NCBI RefSeq assembly: GCF_009914755.1
Contig: NC_060939.1
Reading direction: 5' to 3' (one strand)
From: the human T2T-CHM13v2.0 reference genome, Homo sapiens
DNA length: 64,000 nucleotides
Positions 56,415 through 64,000 of this stretch are shown piece after piece. The notes under the pieces are model-generated. The model was not told the origin of the DNA, did not search any database, and was given only the letters and a program-made list of their open reading frames with translations. Positions within the stretch are counted from its first letter, which is position 1; each line of letters begins with the position of its first letter. Both the position numbers and the translations under genes were made by a program.

Positions 56415-56859
56415 TTACTCTTGAATTAGTTTCACTGACATGCTTAGTAGAATTTGAACAGTATGGTCTTCTTTCTTAAAAAAATATGTGTTTGAAATAA
56501 ACTAGAATTTATTCTAGATAAGTTTATAAATATTTTATATTTATGGGTTATAAATCACTGTGGGTAATATCACTCAGTGATTGATATTTTAAATAAACCA
56601 TAAAGTACTGAAAAGCCCATGAGACTGAGTCCAGAGGAGGGGGTCCTACCATTCCCAGGCTCTGTGGCTCCCAGGAGGGAAACGTGGTTTCCTCCTCACT
56701 CAAAAGAAGGGAGTTAATGAAATAAGATTTCTTCAAGCTTTAACTTTCTGTAACAGGATTAGCAAAGAACATTACCTGACTGGAAAAAAAAAAGATGATA
56801 TATTTTTAAAATTCCTTATTTCTCTCATAACTAAAAACCCCACTTAAAATGTTATTTTT

Positions 56860-57515
<656 letters not shown>

Positions 57516-57552
57516 TTATTGCCTAGTGTCTGATCACAAACCACAAGATAGT

Positions 57553-57850
57553 TCTTTTTTTTAAGAGACAGGATTTCTCTCTTTCACCCAGGTGGGAGTG
57601 CAGAGGTGCAGTCATGGCTCACTTCAGCCTCAAATTCCTGAGCTCAAGTGATCCTCCCACCTCAGCCTCCCAAGTAGATTGGGACCACCCGATCATACTA
57701 CACACAGGTAATTTTTTTTTTTTTTTGTAGAGATGGGTTCTCGCTATGGTGCTTAGACTGGCCATATACCCCTGGCCTTCAGGTACCCTTCCACCTCAGC
57801 CTCCCTTCCAGAGTGCTGGGATTACAGGTGTGTGCCACTGCACGTAGCCA
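57553..57850 (-). mobile_element. AluJ
   Basis: Diverged reverse Alu. Confidence 0.88.
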
Positions 57851-58223
57851 ACATAATTCTTTTATATTGGTTTGAGGGTCATTCCTATGCTCCTCTTTTG
57901 AAAATAGCCAATGTGGCTAAAATAGAGTGCATAAATTAAGAGTGTTATAACTTAACTGACTTTTAAAGCCATTACTATTGACCTTTGAGACCTGGCTTTT
58001 TTCTTTGGTCCCATCAATCACTTCTGTACCACCTCCCCCAGTATAGAAGGACAAAAGGTTAGACAGATGCAGATACAGCTTGTATTACTGGGAATTATAG
58101 TGGTAAGAAGAAGGAGGTGGGGAAGAATAAAGGAACTACCATGTTTTTAGTTCTTATATTTCATAGTGATTATAACTAATATAATTAGAAGATTAAAAAA
58201 TATTAATACCTTTCTATATTTAG

Positions 58224-58292
58224 GTCATACTACTAGATATTACACTGGAACTTCAGAAGCAAATTATGTCTGAATTGGAAATTCTTTATAAG
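58224..58292 (+). CDS. MAP2K5: MAP2K5 coding exon (likely exon 10; 69 nt), VILLDITLELQKQIMSELEILYK, helix C
   Basis: Acceptor ctttctatatttag and donor AAG|GTAATT; phase 0 on both sides; QIMSELEIL is a typical MAP2K helix C. Confidence 0.97.
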
Positions 58293-58380
58293 GTAATTTT
58301 TTCATAATTTTTATTTGTAAAGCATGCCTATGGTATTGACTTGCAGGTTTATAACTACTTTTGTCTTATTTTTGTTACAG

Positions 58381-58462
58381 TGCGATTCATCATATATCAT
58401 TGGATTTTATGGAGCATTTTTTGTAGAAAACAGGATTTCAATATGTACAGAATTCATGGATG
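58381..58462 (+). CDS. MAP2K5: MAP2K5 coding exon (likely exon 11; 82 nt), [27 protein letters not shown](G)
   Basis: Acceptor tttttgttacag and donor ATG|GTGAGT; FYGAF and ISICTEFMD are MAP2K motifs. Confidence 0.97.
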
Positions 58463-59461
58463 GTGAGTTTTCCCTTTTATAATACTTTTAAAATGATTTT
58501 TAGAGTATATAGTGCTTTAAAACCTGGTTTTGATATAGATATCAAATAGAATTAAAGATAATAAAATATGCTAATAATTACCTCATTTATACTCTAAGAT
58601 TATTTCAGTGTTAGGGGTTCCTGGGGTTAAATATTTATAGCCGAACTGTAATTTTAAGAATTGAACTTCACTTTTATTGAAAATTTAAATAGAACAGATT
58701 AAATGCTAGTCTAATTGGTGGTTTGATATTTGATTCTTTTGCACAATCTGTCTTTACTTGCAAAACAGATGTTCTGTTCTTTTAATGTTTCAATAGCCAA
58801 AACAGATTTTCTTTTAAAGAAATCTATTAACCCAATGTCCTGTGTCTTTCAGAAAGAAATCGGTTCTTAATTGCAAGATAAGAAATTGTTTTTCAACACA
58901 GCTGTTTAGCCAAGATGTGTTTAATTTTCTTTGGACTTTAGCCCTTTCCTTCCCTCTCTATTTTTTTATTCATTTCTATTTTGGTAGTTCTTTCTTGACC
59001 TGAATATTACGGCAAAATACAGATTTCTAGGGACATATCAGTGAAATGATGTCATCATTATTATTATTTACCAATTTTAAATCTAAGCAGTCTTTAAATT
59101 TTACATATTCAGTTTTCCATAGTCTAGTCCATTAAAACACAACTTAAGAAAATATTGTTAGTTCCTTGTGGAGATTCTCAGTACATTACTAAAGCAATTA
59201 GTTTGTGCCCTGCAAAACTTTAATGAGCCAACATTGGTACCTTGATACTGTCATAAGGTGTACAACATGCTCTAAATTAGTTATAGTAGAATGTCAAAAA
59301 TTAAAAATCTTACAGCCATATAGGTAAGTATGGTAACTGTGGAGACTGACCAGAAAAAGTGGATTCATTGAGCCAGTACATGTTACTGTGTTGTAACTTT
59401 TATCATTCTTTCTTTGAAGTCTTCAATTTTTCAGTTCTACTCAAACATTTTTGTTGAAACA

Positions 59462-60048
59462 GGGCACGGTGGTTCACGCATGTAATCCCAGCACTTTGGG
59501 AGACTAAGGTGGGAAGATTGCTTGAGCCCAGGAGTTTGAGACCAGCATAAGCAATATAGTGAGATCTCATCTTTACAAAAAAATTTTTAAAAATATGGCC
59601 GGGCACGGTGGCTTACTCCTGTAATCCTAGCACTTTGGGAGGCCGAGGCAAGCGGAGTTTGAGACCAGCCTAACCAACATGGCGAAAACCCGTCTCTATA
59701 GAAAATACAAAAATTAGCCAGGTGTGGTAGCGCATACCTGTAGTCTCAGCTACTTGGGAGGCTGAGACTGAGAATTGCTTGAACCTGGGAGGTGGAGGTT
59801 GCAGTGAACCAAGATCGCGCCACTGCACTCCACCCTGGGTGACAAAGTGAGACTCTGTCTTAAAAAAAATAAAAAAAGGAAAATTAGCTAAGCATGGTGG
59901 TACGGGCCTGTAGTCTCAGTTACTCTGGGGGCTGAGGTGGGAGGATTGCTTGAGCCCAGGAGATTAAGCCTGTAGTGAGCTGTGATCGTGCCACTGCACT
60001 CCAGTCTAGGCAACAGAGTGAGACCCTGTATCAAAAAACAAATAAATT
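59462..60048 (+). mobile_element. AluJ with a nested AluS (59597-59878) in its A-rich linker
   Basis: Left arm, then a complete Alu, then right arm. Confidence 0.88.
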
Positions 60049-60051
60049 AAA

Positions 60052-63214
<3,163 letters not shown>

Positions 63215-63216
63215 AA

Positions 63217-64000
63217 ATTTTTATGGATCCATAATATTGTACATATTTATGGAGTACATGCATAATAATATTTTGACACAAGCATACAATGTGTAGTAAT
63301 CAACTCAAAGTAATGGAGATATGTATGACCACAAACATTTATCATTTCTTTGTGTTAGGAGCATTGCAATTCCACTTGTGTAGTTATTTTGAAATATACA
63401 ATAAATTATTAATTGTGATCACTCTGTTGTGGTGCCAAACACTGGATCTTATTCTTTCTATCTGACTGTACTTTTTTACCCATTAACCAACCCCTCTTTG
63501 TCCTTCCTTTCTCACTACCCTTCTCAGTCTCTGGTAATCATCATTCTACTATGTCTCCATAATCATTTGTTTTTGGCTCCCACATGTGAGTGAGAACATA
63601 TATGTCTTTCTGTGTCCAGATTATTTCATTTAAAATAATATCCACCCATATTCTTGCAAATAATAGGATTTCATTCTTTTTATGGCTGAATAATATTTCA
63701 TTGTGTTTATGTACCACATTTTCTTTATCTTTATTTTTTCTTCGATGGACACTCAGATTGATTTCATATCTTGGCTATTGTGAATAGTGCTGCAGTAAAC
63801 ATTAGAGTGCACATATCTCTTCAATTTACTGATTTCCTTTCTTTTGGATATATACCCAATGGTGAAATTACTGGATCATAATAAGGTAGTTCTATTTTTA
63901 GTTTTTTTGAGGAATTTCCATACTGTTTTCCATGGTAGCTGTACTAGTTTACATTCCCATCAATAGTGTATGAAGGTTCCCCTTTCTCCACATCCTTGCC
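63217..64000 (-). mobile_element. L1MA-type 3' end (reverse), runs off the window
   Basis: ttgtacatatttatggagtacatg and ttggctattgtgaatagtgctgca motifs. Confidence 0.88.

Overview
This is primate (almost certainly human) genomic DNA from inside the MAP2K5 (MEK5) gene, + strand. Five short coding exons (probably exons 7-11; 49, 65, 40, 69 and 82 nt) splice in frame to give ...[103 protein letters not shown]..., the kinase N-lobe (Gly-rich loop, AxK lysine, helix C, hinge). Introns are 7.7 kb, 30 kb, 15.3 kb and 88 nt. They hold a disabled HNRNPA1 processed pseudogene interrupted by an Alu, about 40 Alus, L1/L2/MIR fragments, a solo MLT2A LTR, a MER5A DNA transposon, microsatellites and a palindromic 30-bp VNTR. 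Nearly all ORFs in the supplied track are repeat-derived or chance. I see no direct evidence of a new protein-coding system. The best leads are at the RNA and regulatory level: a candidate TDP-43-type cryptic poison exon in the loop of an inverted-Alu hairpin, candidate microexons and an alternative last exon, a sense LTR with a splice donor, a possible stop-free exon 7-8 circle, homeobox-motif-dense non-repeat blocks, and several fold-back/templated-insertion scars. Repeat subfamily names, repeat boundaries and exon numbering were judged by eye or from memory and are approximate.
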